In this document: positions 19,655 to 30,128 of the stretch, piece by piece | Layout of the letters: every line of letters begins with the position of its first letter | Position numbering within the stretch: position 1 is the first letter of the stretch | Origin: Candidatus Hadarchaeales archaeon | GTDB lineage: Archaea; Hadarchaeota; Hadarchaeia; Hadarchaeales; Hadarchaeaceae | Reading direction: 5' to 3' | DNA length: 64,000 nucleotides | NCBI GenBank assembly: GCA_038851075.1 | Contig: JAWCLG010000003.1 | Coordinates: 1 to 64,000 of the forward strand | Made by a program: the position numbers and the translations under genes | The notes under the pieces: generated by a model | Told to the model about the DNA's origin: nothing | Databases searched by the model: none | The model's input: only the letters and a program-made list of their open reading frames with translations

Positions 19655-20662
19655 ATGGACACCGTTATAGTCAGGTACGGGGAACTCACCCTGAAAAGCG
19701 AAAGCGTTAGAGCCGCATTCGAGGATCTTCTGGTAAGGTCAATAAAGCGGACTGCAGGTGAGGACTGCGCTATTGAGAGGGAGAGAGGGAGGATATTCCT
19801 GAAGACAACGCATGCGGTATCTGCGGCTGAAAAAATCTCCAAACTCCCGGGCGTAGTTTCCACAAGTCCGGCAATATCTACAGGATCCGGGATGGATGAA
19901 ATAATCCGTGCGGTGATCCGGGCTGTTGATAAAAAAATAAAAAACGGTGAAAGTTTTGCGGTGAGAACGACCAGATTCGGAGATCACCCATACAGCAGCA
20001 TGGACGTAAACAGGGCTGCCGGGTCCGCAATTCTGAAGATGGTCAAAGGGGCCAGAGTAGACCTCACATCTCCGGATTTTGAGGTCGGGATCGAAGTCAG
20101 GGGCAAAAATGCATATGTATTCACAGAAACCTTTCCGGGCACCGGCGGTCTTCCGGCAGGATCGCAGGGCGCACTCGTTGCCTTAATGACCGGAAAACTG
20201 CATGACGCGGTTGCTGTTTATCTTGGGATAAAAAGAGGTGCTGCGGTATTTCCGATTTTTATTCACTCTGGGAGGAGATCTGACGATGCCGCGAGAAAAA
20301 GGGCTCTGAAGCAGATAACCGTACTGCGCGCGGTTTGTCCCGACATTAAGCTGATGACGGTGAGAGTACCTCCGGGAAAGGTCAGCGCGGTAAAAGGGAA
20401 CACCAAACGGGACCTAATGATCCGGAAACTGTCAGAAGTGGCTGAAAAAATCGGAGCCTCCGGAATTGTCACAGGATATACCCTTGAGGACACCGCAAAA
20501 GCGTGGGAAGACGGAGAGGTCGGCTCCAAGGAAAAACACATCCTCTTCACTCCGGTGGCAGGTCTGGATGAAGATACGGTGGAGATGGTGATGAAGAAAT
20601 CCGGACTGTGGCGGTGCCAAAAAAAATCAAAAGGCAAAAAAACACGCAAAGCCGGAATCTAA
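19655..20662 (+). CDS. THUMP-domain ThiI-like protein with a degenerate PP-loop
   Basis: VRYGELTLKS, SFAVR, VDLTSPD, GGLPAGSQG are ThiI-like, but SGGxDS is replaced by TGKLHDA. Confidence 0.8.
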   Translation: MDTVIVRYGELTLKSESVRAAFEDLLVRSIKRTAGEDCAIERERGRIFLKTTHAVSAAEKISKLPGVVSTSPAISTGSGMDEIIRAVIRAVDKKIKNGESFAVRTTRFGDHPYSSMDVNRAAGSAILKMVKGARVDLTSPDFEVGIEVRGKNAYVFTETFPGTGGLPAGSQGALVALMTGKLHDAVAVYLGIKRGAAVFPIFIHSGRRSDDAARKRALKQITVLRAVCPDIKLMTVRVPPGKVSAVKGNTKRDLMIRKLSEVAEKIGASGIVTGYTLEDTAKAWEDGEVGSKEKHILFTPVAGLDEDTVEMVMKKSGLWRCQKKSKGKKTRKAGI

Positions 20663-20673
20663 AGGTGGCTCGG

Positions 20674-21948
20674 ATGGACATCACGGTAATGCCCGGAAGT
20701 TCAGTCGTCGGCGAGGTCGAGGCGCTGCCCTCCAAATACCTGACGTTAATAGCCTGTGCGGTGGCGGCTCTTGGGCCCGGAAAAAGCGTCATAGAATCCC
20801 CGCTGCAATGCAAGGACACCTCCGCCATGCTGAGATCATGCGAAAACATGGGATGCACCGTGAAAAAATCGGCTGGAAGGTGGACAGTCTGGGGAGTCCA
20901 GAGAGATTTCACTCCAGTTCAGAACGCGCTGGACCTGAAGAACTCCGGAACAGCCATATCCCTGATGTGCGGGGTAGCCTCCCTCTCAAAGATCCCGCTG
21001 GTTCTGACCGGAGACTCAGACCTCTGCAGACGCCCGATGCCGGAGATGCTGGAATCGCTGCGCAGGACCGGGGCAACTGTTTATTCAACAAAACAGGACG
21101 AGGGGCCGCCTTTCATAGCATTCGGAGGAGGCGTAAGCGGTGGTAAGGCAGATTTGAGAGACCTCCCCATCAACGTGGTCCCACCCGCACTGATAATCTC
21201 CCCATATGCGGACAAAAAAACCAGAATTATCGTTCCATCGGACAGAGAAAAGTTCACAATTGAGGATACACTCGATATAATGAAAAACGCGGGGGTAAGC
21301 GCTTCCAAATCGGGAAACACCATCACGGTGCCTCAGGGCACGTATAGGGGAATGACTTACCGAGTACGGAAGGAGATATGCTCCGCCGCACCTTTCATAA
21401 CATCCTCAGCAATACTTGGCTCTAAAATAACGGTGACCGGATGCGAAAAACCATCCCGCAGGGACGAGCTGTTCATGAAAACAATGGGAGCGTTTGGGAT
21501 CAGGCTAAAAAGAAGGGGGGCAAAGGTCGGCGTTGAAAGGGACATGCTGAAGGGGGCACGAATTGACCTCGCATGGGGACCAGAGCTATTTCCTTTTTTT
21601 GCCGTCATCGGATGCTATGCCAGGGGCACCACTCGTATCAGCGGGATAAACGCCGCCAGAAGAATGAAGTCAGACAGGGTATCTTCCATGGTCAGAGAGC
21701 TGAAGAAGCTCGGGGCTAAAATCATGGATGATGGCACCTCAGTCGTCATTCAGGGGCCATGCAGGATCAAGGGTGGAGAGGTTCAAAGCTGGAACGACTA
21801 CGCGGTGACCTCGGCGCTGGCGGCCGCAGCGACGGGGGGTGATGAAAAAATCGTGATAAAAGGGGGAGCCGACTGCATGGGGACCACCTACTCGAAATTC
21901 ATATCAGCATTTAAAGCTCTGGGAGCGGAGATGAGCTACTCCGGATGA
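20674..21948 (+). CDS. EPSP synthase (AroA)-like protein with a degenerate active site
   Basis: PSK, NSGT, LTGD..LCRRPM and SDR give the AroA fold; several catalytic motifs are altered; AGGTGG RBS before ATG 20674. Confidence 0.8.
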   Translation: MDITVMPGSSVVGEVEALPSKYLTLIACAVAALGPGKSVIESPLQCKDTSAMLRSCENMGCTVKKSAGRWTVWGVQRDFTPVQNALDLKNSGTAISLMCGVASLSKIPLVLTGDSDLCRRPMPEMLESLRRTGATVYSTKQDEGPPFIAFGGGVSGGKADLRDLPINVVPPALIISPYADKKTRIIVPSDREKFTIEDTLDIMKNAGVSASKSGNTITVPQGTYRGMTYRVRKEICSAAPFITSSAILGSKITVTGCEKPSRRDELFMKTMGAFGIRLKRRGAKVGVERDMLKGARIDLAWGPELFPFFAVIGCYARGTTRISGINAARRMKSDRVSSMVRELKKLGAKIMDDGTSVVIQGPCRIKGGEVQSWNDYAVTSALAAAATGGDEKIVIKGGADCMGTTYSKFISAFKALGAEMSYSG

Positions 21949-22500
21949 TCAGAAAACGAAAACCGCCCCTGCGAAAACCGTGGACCACTTGTCCTCCTTG
22001 ACTAGAGCGGTCTGTGTTATGTTCGTGGTGCTGACTATTTTCCCAGAGATCTTCCATATCTGTTTTCTCTCATTCCAGCTCTTGTCCGGATCGAAGGGCA
22101 AACCGAGAGCGCTGGCCAGCATGGAGGCCGCCAGATCCTCAGCATAATCTCCCGCCTCCTTGGCATCCTGCCCGTAGGCGTGGTGCTCGCTGATGTATCC
22201 ATATGTTCGCCTATCTGCGGGCATGGCACATCCTATGCTCGCCGAAATCAGCCTCCTTTTTTCGTCACTGCTACACTTTGAAAAAACACCGAAAAGGATC
22301 TGACCGTCCTTCAGCATTTTGAGCCCTTTTTCTTTCGATATGAACTTGCACCCAGGCGGAATTATGCTGGAAACAGAAACAAGATTGAACTTTGCGATTC
22401 CGGCGTCCTCCAAGGCATACTCGAATGACCTGAGCTGATCCTTATGGTGGCCAACTCCCCTCGTCAAAAAGAAAAATTTGGGTACCAGATTCATCCTCAT
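21949..22500 (-). CDS. pdaD: Pyruvoyl-dependent arginine decarboxylase
   Basis: SFEYALEDAGIAKFNLVSVSSIIPP (Ser-Ser autocleavage site), GYISEHH. Confidence 0.92.
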   Translation of the reverse strand: MRMNLVPKFFFLTRGVGHHKDQLRSFEYALEDAGIAKFNLVSVSSIIPPGCKFISKEKGLKMLKDGQILFGVFSKCSSDEKRRLISASIGCAMPADRRTYGYISEHHAYGQDAKEAGDYAEDLAASMLASALGLPFDPDKSWNERKQIWKISGKIVSTTNITQTALVKEDKWSTVFAGAVFVF

Positions 22501-22518
22501 GACCCGTCTCTAGCGCAT

Positions 22519-24162
22519 TTAATCCTCGAAGTCCTCACTCTCTGACTTCTCTCCGGACGGTGGGCCTTTAGGCTCGCTCTTCTTGGTGGCTGCTATCACG
22601 TCGTCGATCCTCAGTATCATTATCGACGCATCACTGGCTGACTTTATAGCCTGAGTCTTCACTCGCAGCGGTTCCACGACTTTGTTGATCTTCATGTCGG
22701 TTATCTCGCCGTTGAGCACGTTTACGCCCATCCACTTTCCGTTCTGTTTCTCATGCTTAGCCCTGAGATCAACGAGTATGTCAATGCTGTCCAGCCCGGC
22801 GTTCTCTGCAAGTGTCTTCGGTATGGACTCCACCGCGTTTGCGAAGGCATTTATTGCGAGCGCCTCTCTCCCGCCGACCGTCTCTGCGAATTCCCTGAGC
22901 GCCTTTGAAACTTCAACCTCGGGTGCCCCTCCACCGTATACTATTTTTCCATCCTCGATTGCTGCGCCGACCACACAGAGGGCGTCGTGAACTCCGCGCT
23001 CTATCTCATCAATTACGTGCTCAGTGCCTCCCCTGATGAGGATTCCAACCGCCTTCGGATTCTTACAGTCCCTGACAAACGTGAGCTTATCCTCGCCTAT
23101 TTTCTGTTCCTCCACGAGCCCTGCCTCACCGAGATCGGCGGATGTCAGATCATCCAAATTGGTGACCACTCTGCCGCCTGTAGCGCGTGCGAGACGCTCC
23201 ATGTCGCTCTTCTTTGCGCGTCTGACCGCGTAAACTCCGGACTTTGCGAGATAGTGCTGCACCATGTCGTCTATGCCCTTCTGACAGATCACCACATTCG
23301 CACCGGTCTGTACTATCTGGTCGGCCATCTTCTTCAGCATCTTCTCCTCTTCATCCAGAAATGCCCTGAGCTGCTCGGGGTTAGTTACCCGGATCTCAGC
23401 ATCTGTTTCAGTCTTTTTTATCTCAAGCGCACAGTCGAGCAGTGCTATTCTGGCGTTCTTGACCCTCTTCGGCATAGCGGGGTGTACGCGCTCCTTGTCC
23501 AGTATCACGCCCTGAACTAGCTGGGAATCATCCGTGCTCTCTCCCGGCTTTTTCTCAATTCCCACATAGTCAAGGTCCACAGAATAACCTCCGTCTTTCC
23601 TGTCGGCTATCTGCTTTATCGCCTTGACACAGATGTCCGCAAGCTTTTCCTTGGATGACTCCGCCTTCTTGCCGGTCATGGAGGTCATCGCTATCTCCTT
23701 CAGAAGTTCGTCGTCATTTATCGAGATCGGCTCCGCTATCTTTTCCAGGATTTCCTGAGCCTTCTCGGCCGCCCTCCTGTAACCGCTTGCGATCACAGTC
23801 GGGTGTATTCCCTGATCCAGCAGATGCTCCGCTTCCTTAAGCAGGTCCCCGGCGATTATCACTGCTGTGGTGGTTCCGTCTCCGACCTCGTCGTCCTGGG
23901 TCTTTGCCACCTCAACAAGCATCTTTGCGGCCGGATGCTCGACCTCCATCTCCTTCAGAATCGTAACGCCGTCGTTGGTCACTATAACATCTCCGAGCGT
24001 GTCCACCAGCATCTTGTCCATTCCGCGGGGGCCCAAAGTTGTTCTGACCGCCTCGCTGATAACCCTAGCGGCCAGGATATTCATTCTCTGCGCATCTCTG
24101 CCCAGAGTCCTCTGGGTACCCTCAGAAAGCACAAGCACCTGTTTACCTGCCAAAGCGGCCAT
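22519..24162 (-). CDS. ths: Thermosome (group II chaperonin) subunit
   Basis: [34 protein letters not shown]; start at MAALAG (24162) with GGTGA RBS. Confidence 0.97.
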   Translation of the reverse strand: MAALAGKQVLVLSEGTQRTLGRDAQRMNILAARVISEAVRTTLGPRGMDKMLVDTLGDVIVTNDGVTILKEMEVEHPAAKMLVEVAKTQDDEVGDGTTTAVIIAGDLLKEAEHLLDQGIHPTVIASGYRRAAEKAQEILEKIAEPISINDDELLKEIAMTSMTGKKAESSKEKLADICVKAIKQIADRKDGGYSVDLDYVGIEKKPGESTDDSQLVQGVILDKERVHPAMPKRVKNARIALLDCALEIKKTETDAEIRVTNPEQLRAFLDEEEKMLKKMADQIVQTGANVVICQKGIDDMVQHYLAKSGVYAVRRAKKSDMERLARATGGRVVTNLDDLTSADLGEAGLVEEQKIGEDKLTFVRDCKNPKAVGILIRGGTEHVIDEIERGVHDALCVVGAAIEDGKIVYGGGAPEVEVSKALREFAETVGGREALAINAFANAVESIPKTLAENAGLDSIDILVDLRAKHEKQNGKWMGVNVLNGEITDMKINKVVEPLRVKTQAIKSASDASIMILRIDDVIAATKKSEPKGPPSGEKSESEDFED

Positions 24163-24282
24163 ACTGTCACCCCTATCAGATGTTTCTCTACTTTCCGCAG
24201 GATATTTAACTTTTTCGGAATCAATCCACCTTTTGGAACAAACCGCACAGCTAATAATGACGTGCGGAAATAATCTGAACGT

Positions 24283-25044
24283 ATGGTCATAGGAATCGAG
24301 CACCTGCCAATTGCTGTTGCTATAGTGGTTGCCTCAATATCCACATACACCGACCTCCGCTGGCGCATAATCCCGAACTACCTCACGTATACTGCCGCGG
24401 CGTTCGGGATGGTATTCTATGCGGTGCTCGGTGCTTACCGGATGGATATAATGACGTGTATAAGTGGCGGCATCGGTTTTCTCCTGGCACTCGGCATAGG
24501 TTACATCATCTGGGCTCTCGGCGGCTGGGCAGGTGGAGACGTGAAAATGTTCGCGGCCTTCGGAGCGCTGATTCCATATTTCAGCCCACAGTTTTCTCCG
24601 GCTCCGTATTCTGTTTCATATCCGCTGTTCGCCATTACAATATTGCTGAACACAGGGCTCGTGGCCCTGCCGGGGCTTCTGACCTATGCCGGAATATGCT
24701 TCGCGTTGGGCAAGGGAGCTTTCTACAAAACCGTACGGATAACCGAGCTAGAGGAGGGAATGATACCTGCAGAGTGGATTTATGCTAAAGATGGAAAAAT
24801 TTTCCGTTCCAATTCATATATGCTCATAAGGGTCGAGCGCGATGAGACCTATACCAATCCTGACAGGGCGGCGGGACTCACGCTCGAGCAGATAAAAATG
24901 CTCAAGGATCTTGTGAAGGAGAAGAAAATTGAAAACAGATTGAGAATAAAGCGCGGTGTTCCGTTCGGACCATTCCTCGCGATCGGGTTATTCATTTCCA
25001 TTTTCTACGGAGACATTTACTGGAAGATTCTGACTCTGATATAG
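24283..25044 (+). CDS. Prepilin/prearchaellin peptidase (A24; FlaK/PibD-like)
   Basis: [10 protein letters not shown] (first Asp), GGDVK (GxGD motif), multiple TMs, C-terminal GVPFGPFL. Confidence 0.9.
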   Translation: MVIGIEHLPIAVAIVVASISTYTDLRWRIIPNYLTYTAAAFGMVFYAVLGAYRMDIMTCISGGIGFLLALGIGYIIWALGGWAGGDVKMFAAFGALIPYFSPQFSPAPYSVSYPLFAITILLNTGLVALPGLLTYAGICFALGKGAFYKTVRITELEEGMIPAEWIYAKDGKIFRSNSYMLIRVERDETYTNPDRAAGLTLEQIKMLKDLVKEKKIENRLRIKRGVPFGPFLAIGLFISIFYGDIYWKILTLI

Positions 25045-25051
25045 AGCCAGA

Positions 25052-26584
25052 CTATCTGAGCCTGGGCTCTCCAGCCAATTTTTCAAGAACCATGCCCTCC
25101 ACGCGAACAGGAGGCTTTTGTCTTGCCAGAGACAGAGCATGATCGAGCTTGCTCTCGTGCTCGGAATATATCTCAAGGACCGGCTCCCCCTTCTCAACCT
25201 TTCTGCCTTCCTTGAACAGTATTCTGATTCCGGCACCCCTGTCAAGCGGGGCTCCGGCTGCTCTGGCTATTTCATTTATGTGCTGGTTAAAGACCTGTGC
25301 GATGTATCCGGACGCGGGAGCCGGTATGGAAGCGACCTTGTCTCCGACAGGTATTTCATCCGGCTTGATGTCAGGTTTGCCTCCCTGTGCCTCGATTATC
25401 TCACGCATCTTTTGATAGGCTTTCCCTGATTTCAGTATCTCTAGCGCAAGCTCCTTTCCCTGCCCCAGCCTCGCCACACCCCCCATCTCAAGCATTATCC
25501 CCGCCAGGCTGGTGGATTTTTCAATCAGGCTTCCAGGACCGTTCCCAAGAAGAGCCTCAAGCGCCTCCTTCGCCTCAAGCGCGGGCCCGACCGCATAACC
25601 CACCGGCTGGCCGCCGTACGTGATCGCGGCTTCCAGTTTAACGTCAAGCTTGTGGCCTAGCTGGATAAAATCTCTCGCAAGTCCACGGGCCTCATCAATA
25701 CTCGTGACCTTCGCTCCCGGACCTGCGGGAATGTCGATCAGCACGTGGTCTGCGCATACCGCAAGCTTCTTTGACATCACGCTTGCAAGCAGCTGACATC
25801 TCGGGTCTATCCCAAGGGCCCTCTCCACTCTGATCAGCACATCATCTGCCGGAGCCAGCTTCACCGAACCCCCCCAGACAAGCATTGCGCCCACGCGGTT
25901 CACGATGCTGCGCATTTCCTCCAGGCTGAAGCTAACATTCGCCAGCACCTCCATCACATCCGCGGTTCCCGCAGCGCTTGTTATGGACCTGCTGCTGGTC
26001 TTCGGGATCGTGAGCCCTGCAGCTGCCACTATGGGCACGGTCAGGAGCGCGTATTTATTGCCAGGAACTCCGCCTATGCTGTGAACGTCAAGGACTGGTT
26101 TTGCATCGAGCTCGAGCTTATCTCCGGTACTGACCATGTGGTGCACCATGGAAACTATCTCATCCATGGTCATGCCGCGTATGTGTTCAGTTACCACAAG
26201 CGCCGCAATCTCCTCAGGAGCCAGAGATTCGCTCACGATCTCCCTGACAATATCTCCTATTTCCTCCGAACCGAGCTGTTTTCCGTTGATCTTGTTTTTT
26301 ATTGCCTCCACAGCTCTGGGGCGCGGAGCCAGAGAAATCTCAACGTAGTCACCTGGGGCCGCACCAAGAGACTTTGTGGTCTCTGCGCAGAAACCGATTT
26401 CGCCTCTTGCAACTATCCCCTTGGTAGTGGTTGCCATCGCCACTATCGACCCAGTTGAAGAGTAAACGCGTATTCTATCCCCAGGGGAGTAACCGAGAAG
26501 CTCAGCGTCCGAATCGTTTATCATAACAAGCCTGCGACCGGTTTCGATGTCCAGCGGCTTTACCCTCATCCTGAGCGACTTCAT
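25052..26584 (-). CDS. AMP phosphorylase (thymidine phosphorylase family)
   Basis: N-terminal double-psi barrel; DVHSIGGVPGNK, PKTSSRSITSAAGTAD, SKKLA, GPALEA. Confidence 0.93.
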   Translation of the reverse strand: MKSLRMRVKPLDIETGRRLVMINDSDAELLGYSPGDRIRVYSSTGSIVAMATTTKGIVARGEIGFCAETTKSLGAAPGDYVEISLAPRPRAVEAIKNKINGKQLGSEEIGDIVREIVSESLAPEEIAALVVTEHIRGMTMDEIVSMVHHMVSTGDKLELDAKPVLDVHSIGGVPGNKYALLTVPIVAAAGLTIPKTSSRSITSAAGTADVMEVLANVSFSLEEMRSIVNRVGAMLVWGGSVKLAPADDVLIRVERALGIDPRCQLLASVMSKKLAVCADHVLIDIPAGPGAKVTSIDEARGLARDFIQLGHKLDVKLEAAITYGGQPVGYAVGPALEAKEALEALLGNGPGSLIEKSTSLAGIMLEMGGVARLGQGKELALEILKSGKAYQKMREIIEAQGGKPDIKPDEIPVGDKVASIPAPASGYIAQVFNQHINEIARAAGAPLDRGAGIRILFKEGRKVEKGEPVLEIYSEHESKLDHALSLARQKPPVRVEGMVLEKLAGEPRLR

Positions 26585-26638
26585 GCGACCAAATCTAAAT
26601 TGTGCGCTCTACCGATTTAATCCCACCGTTAGACGCTG

Positions 26639-27112
26639 TTAGAGCTGAACCTTTCCAGTTTCCTTCTCCGTCTTTAAAACTATCAGAGTCCTGGTGCTGC
26701 TCACGCCCGGAATCCTGTCCATATCGTGAAGGATGTCATTCAGCCTGACCGTATCCTCCGTGACTATCTTCACAAAAAGATCGTGCTCTCCTGCCACTTC
26801 ATGTATCTCCATGACCTCCGGGCTCCGGGAAAGTCTGGAGATAACCTCACCGCAGGTCCCGGGCAGCGTGGAGATGCCTATGAAGGCCTTGAGCTTTTTA
26901 CCGGATATCAAAGGATCTATGGTAACGATGAAACTCTTTATCACGCCTGCGGTGATGAGCCTCCTGACCCTCTTGTGGACGCCGGAGGGACTTATGCCAA
27001 GGCGCTTTGCTATGGCAGCGTAGGGGAGCTTTGCATCTTCCTGGAGCAGGTTCAGTATTCCCCTATCGACATCATCCATCTCAATATTATCCACGCCGCG
27101 TGCCAAGTCCAT
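26639..27112 (-). CDS. Lrp/AsnC family transcriptional regulator
   Basis: DDVDRGILNLLQEDAKLPY..IAKRLGIS..VHKRVRRL..GVIK; GEHDL RAM domain. Confidence 0.93.
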   Translation of the reverse strand: MDLARGVDNIEMDDVDRGILNLLQEDAKLPYAAIAKRLGISPSGVHKRVRRLITAGVIKSFIVTIDPLISGKKLKAFIGISTLPGTCGEVISRLSRSPEVMEIHEVAGEHDLFVKIVTEDTVRLNDILHDMDRIPGVSSTRTLIVLKTEKETGKVQL

Positions 27113-27164
27113 CCCCGTTAATGGAATATTTGTAAATTATATTTATATTTTTCCATATATGGTG

Positions 27165-27220
27165 AATATAATATACAAAAACTATTTTTTAGTAAAATAT
27201 ATATACAAAAATCTTTAAAT
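27165..27220. promoter_or_regulatory. AT-rich divergent promoter with ATATACAAAAA repeated at 30-bp spacing, plus a TATA box
   Basis: Copies at 27171-27181 and 27201-27211; CTTTAAAT at 27213-27220. Confidence 0.55.
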
Positions 27221-27230
27221 TATCCGTAGG

Positions 27231-28193
27231 ATGTGCATGAAATTCCTGAAATCTGCTGCCTCGAATGCGAAGAAGGCGATGGTAGTTGGGATAGGCGGTG
27301 GTGGAGATGTCGTTGGCGCAATCCCCACCTCAAACTACCTGAGAGAGATCGGGCTGTCGACAGTACTGGGCGGACTCACATGGGAGAGGTATGTAAATGA
27401 TCCAGAGCCAGGACCCAGACGCATGGACGAAATTCTCAACATAAAAAAGCTGGCGCGTACGGCGGGACTCGCCAGCTCTGAGACCAGGACGAATAAGGGC
27501 GTACGCTTCACAGAGGCTATGGTAGCAGAGGCGCTCTGTGAGGAAACCCTGCTCGTTGACCCCAACTTGGGGGTTAAAGGCATCGTTGATGGGCTGAACA
27601 CCGTGGTGGATCTGATGGGCTTCGATCTGTTCGTCGGAATAGATGTCGGGGGAGACGTGCTGGCAGCAGGAAACGAGGAAGGGCTTAGAAGCATGCTCGC
27701 GGACAGCATGATGCTCGCGGCAATGGTCAACCTGAAAATTCCTGCGGTGCTGGGAGTGCTCGGATGCTGTACCGACGGAGAGCTGACATTTGACCAGTTC
27801 CTAAAACGTCTGAGCCTGACTGCAGAATTCGGCGGTTTGCTCGGAGCGAGGGGGCTGACTCCTGAGGACCTGAAAGTCCTAGAGTCCGTCATTCCGAGGA
27901 CCAAAACGGAGTCCACTGCCCTGGCGGTTAAAGCGGCGAAAGGCACGTACGGGGATGTGAAAATAAGGGGCGGGTGTAGGACCGCCCAGCTCACGCCGGT
28001 GGCTGCAGTGACGTTCTACCTCGATCCCGTGGTTGTCTTTGAAAGGGTAAACGGAATAGCAAAGATGCTGGCTGAAACCTCGAGCATCGAAGAGGCGAAC
28101 GAGATAGTCGTAAAGGCCGGACTTCCGAGCGAGCTTGAGTTTCAGAGAAGCGGGGGATGGAAAAAATACGTGAACGGAGGTGCGGTGACTTGA
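27231..28193 (+). CDS. DUF1152 family protein
   Basis: GIGGGGDV, TWER...DPEPGP, DVGGDVLA.G.E..LRS.LAD, DGEL. Confidence 0.8.
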   Translation: MCMKFLKSAASNAKKAMVVGIGGGGDVVGAIPTSNYLREIGLSTVLGGLTWERYVNDPEPGPRRMDEILNIKKLARTAGLASSETRTNKGVRFTEAMVAEALCEETLLVDPNLGVKGIVDGLNTVVDLMGFDLFVGIDVGGDVLAAGNEEGLRSMLADSMMLAAMVNLKIPAVLGVLGCCTDGELTFDQFLKRLSLTAEFGGLLGARGLTPEDLKVLESVIPRTKTESTALAVKAAKGTYGDVKIRGGCRTAQLTPVAAVTFYLDPVVVFERVNGIAKMLAETSSIEEANEIVVKAGLPSELEFQRSGGWKKYVNGGAVT

Positions 28194-29263
28194 TCTCCAA
28201 AAACGTGATGAAAATTATGAAGGAGAAGATGACATATCCGTTCGCCAGGGAGTACAACGTCAGGTCAAAAATGATAAACCTCGCATCAAACGAAAACCCA
28301 TACGGTCCCTCCCCCAGAGTTATCAAAAGACTGAGGGAGGAACTGAAAAAAATAGGGACCTATCCCGACCCGAAAGCAACAGAGCTCAAGGAGGAGATCT
28401 CAAGATACATAAAGGTGGATGAAGAGTGCATAGCTCTCGGAAACGGTTCTGACGAGTTGATGGACCTGGCATGCAGGGCATTTATGGATCCTGGATGCAC
28501 CGTGCTGATCCCAATTCCAACTTTTGCGATGTACGGAATTTCATGCAGGGCTAACGGTTGCATTCCAAAATTCTTAAAGCTGCCAGGCTTTACGTGGAAC
28601 CCTGACCTTCTGAAAAGAGAACTGAATGACGCCAGGGCGGCTTTTCTGGGTCGCCCGAACAATCCAACAGGCGCCTCGCTGTCAAAATATGAAGTGATAT
28701 CGCTTGTTGAAACCGGTAAAATGCTGATTGTTGACGAAGCATACATAGAGTTCGGCGGGGAATCGGTCGCCGGGATTGCGCCGGAGTATGACAACCTGCT
28801 CGTGCTGAGGACTCTCTCAAAGGCTTTCGGCCTAGCTGGACTTAGGGTCGGATACGCTATCGGGAATCCAAAGCTGATCAGGGCGATCGAGTCTATCAAG
28901 GCGCCATTCAACGTCAACCGCCTTGCTCAATCCGCTGCCGTTGAAGCGCTGCGGGATAGGGAGTACCTAAAGCGCGTTGTGAAATATGTGAAGAAAGAAA
29001 GGAGATACCTGAGCGGAGCCATTGAAAAAATCGGGGCGAAGGTGCTTCCGTCGGACGGCAATTTTATCATGGTGAACACGAGGGCTTTTGGAATAAGCGG
29101 GGCTGAGCTGTGCAACCTCCTTGCGAGAAATGGAATACTAATAAGGGAGCTAACAGACTTTAAAGGTGCTGGAGTGGACTGGGTCCGGATAACAGTCGGA
29201 AAGCCCGAACAGAACAGGAGGCTGATAAGGGCCATGAAAAAGATAATGGAGGGAAGAAGATGA
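28190..29263 (+). CDS. hisC: Histidinol-phosphate aminotransferase
   Basis: LASNENPYGP, GNGSDEL, PNNPTG, DEAY, RTLSKAFGLAGLRVG; start uncertain (TTG 28190 overlaps the upstream stop). Confidence 0.93.
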   Translation: MISKNVMKIMKEKMTYPFAREYNVRSKMINLASNENPYGPSPRVIKRLREELKKIGTYPDPKATELKEEISRYIKVDEECIALGNGSDELMDLACRAFMDPGCTVLIPIPTFAMYGISCRANGCIPKFLKLPGFTWNPDLLKRELNDARAAFLGRPNNPTGASLSKYEVISLVETGKMLIVDEAYIEFGGESVAGIAPEYDNLLVLRTLSKAFGLAGLRVGYAIGNPKLIRAIESIKAPFNVNRLAQSAAVEALRDREYLKRVVKYVKKERRYLSGAIEKIGAKVLPSDGNFIMVNTRAFGISGAELCNLLARNGILIRELTDFKGAGVDWVRITVGKPEQNRRLIRAMKKIMEGRR

Positions 29264-30120
29264 GCGTCAGGATAGCGGTGCCAAAAGGACACCTCGAGGA
29301 AGCAACCGTTGGGCTTCTGCAGGCGTCCGGCATAGGCGTGATTGGAAGGGACGGAAGACAGCTTTTCGCGAGGACCAACGACCCTGAGATAGAGCTCGTC
29401 TTTGTCAGGGCGGAGGACATACCCAACTTCGTATCAAAGGGATCAACCGACCTCGGAATAACCGGATATGACCTGATATGCGAGAGCGGGGATGACGTTA
29501 TCGAGCTTCTTGACCTAAGATACGGATACACTAAGATGGTAGTTGCTGCAAGTGAAAAATCTGACATAAAAAGCATAGATAAAGTGAAGCCCGGTACAAG
29601 GGTTGCGACGGAGTTCCCGGAGATAACTAAAAAGTACTTCTACGATAGGAAGATCAACATAGAGCTCGTTAACATCACTGGTGCCGCGGAGATATCTCCT
29701 CTGATCGGTGTGGCAGAGCTGATAGTAGACGTGACCAGCACCGGCACCACTCTGAGGGCTCACGGACTGAGGATAATTGACACCATACTGGAAAGCACGG
29801 CCAGGCTCATTGCAAACAGAGACAGTATGAGGAAAAACGGAGAAAAGATAAGCAGGATAGTGACGGCGCTCAGCAGCGTCCTGACCGCTAGGGGAAAGAA
29901 GCTGGTCATGATGAACGTGCCTGAGGAAAAGCTGGAAGACGTGAAAAAGGTTCTTCCGGGCATGGCTGGACCAACCGTTTCAAGGGTGGAAGCTGCAACA
30001 CCGATGCTCGCGCTTCAGGCGGTCGTTGACGAGAAGGAAACGTATGAGCTCATAAGAAGGGCAAAGGAAGCCGGGGCCAGGGACATACTGGTCCTGCCGA
30101 TCGAGCGCATAATACCATAA
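29260..30120 (+). CDS. hisG: ATP phosphoribosyltransferase (long form)
   Basis: IAVPKG, RAEDIP, DLGITGYD, GAAE, DVTSTGTTL, C-terminal regulatory domain. Confidence 0.96.
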   Translation: MSVRIAVPKGHLEEATVGLLQASGIGVIGRDGRQLFARTNDPEIELVFVRAEDIPNFVSKGSTDLGITGYDLICESGDDVIELLDLRYGYTKMVVAASEKSDIKSIDKVKPGTRVATEFPEITKKYFYDRKINIELVNITGAAEISPLIGVAELIVDVTSTGTTLRAHGLRIIDTILESTARLIANRDSMRKNGEKISRIVTALSSVLTARGKKLVMMNVPEEKLEDVKKVLPGMAGPTVSRVEAATPMLALQAVVDEKETYELIRRAKEAGARDILVLPIERIIP

Positions 30121-30128
30121 CCGAAAGG

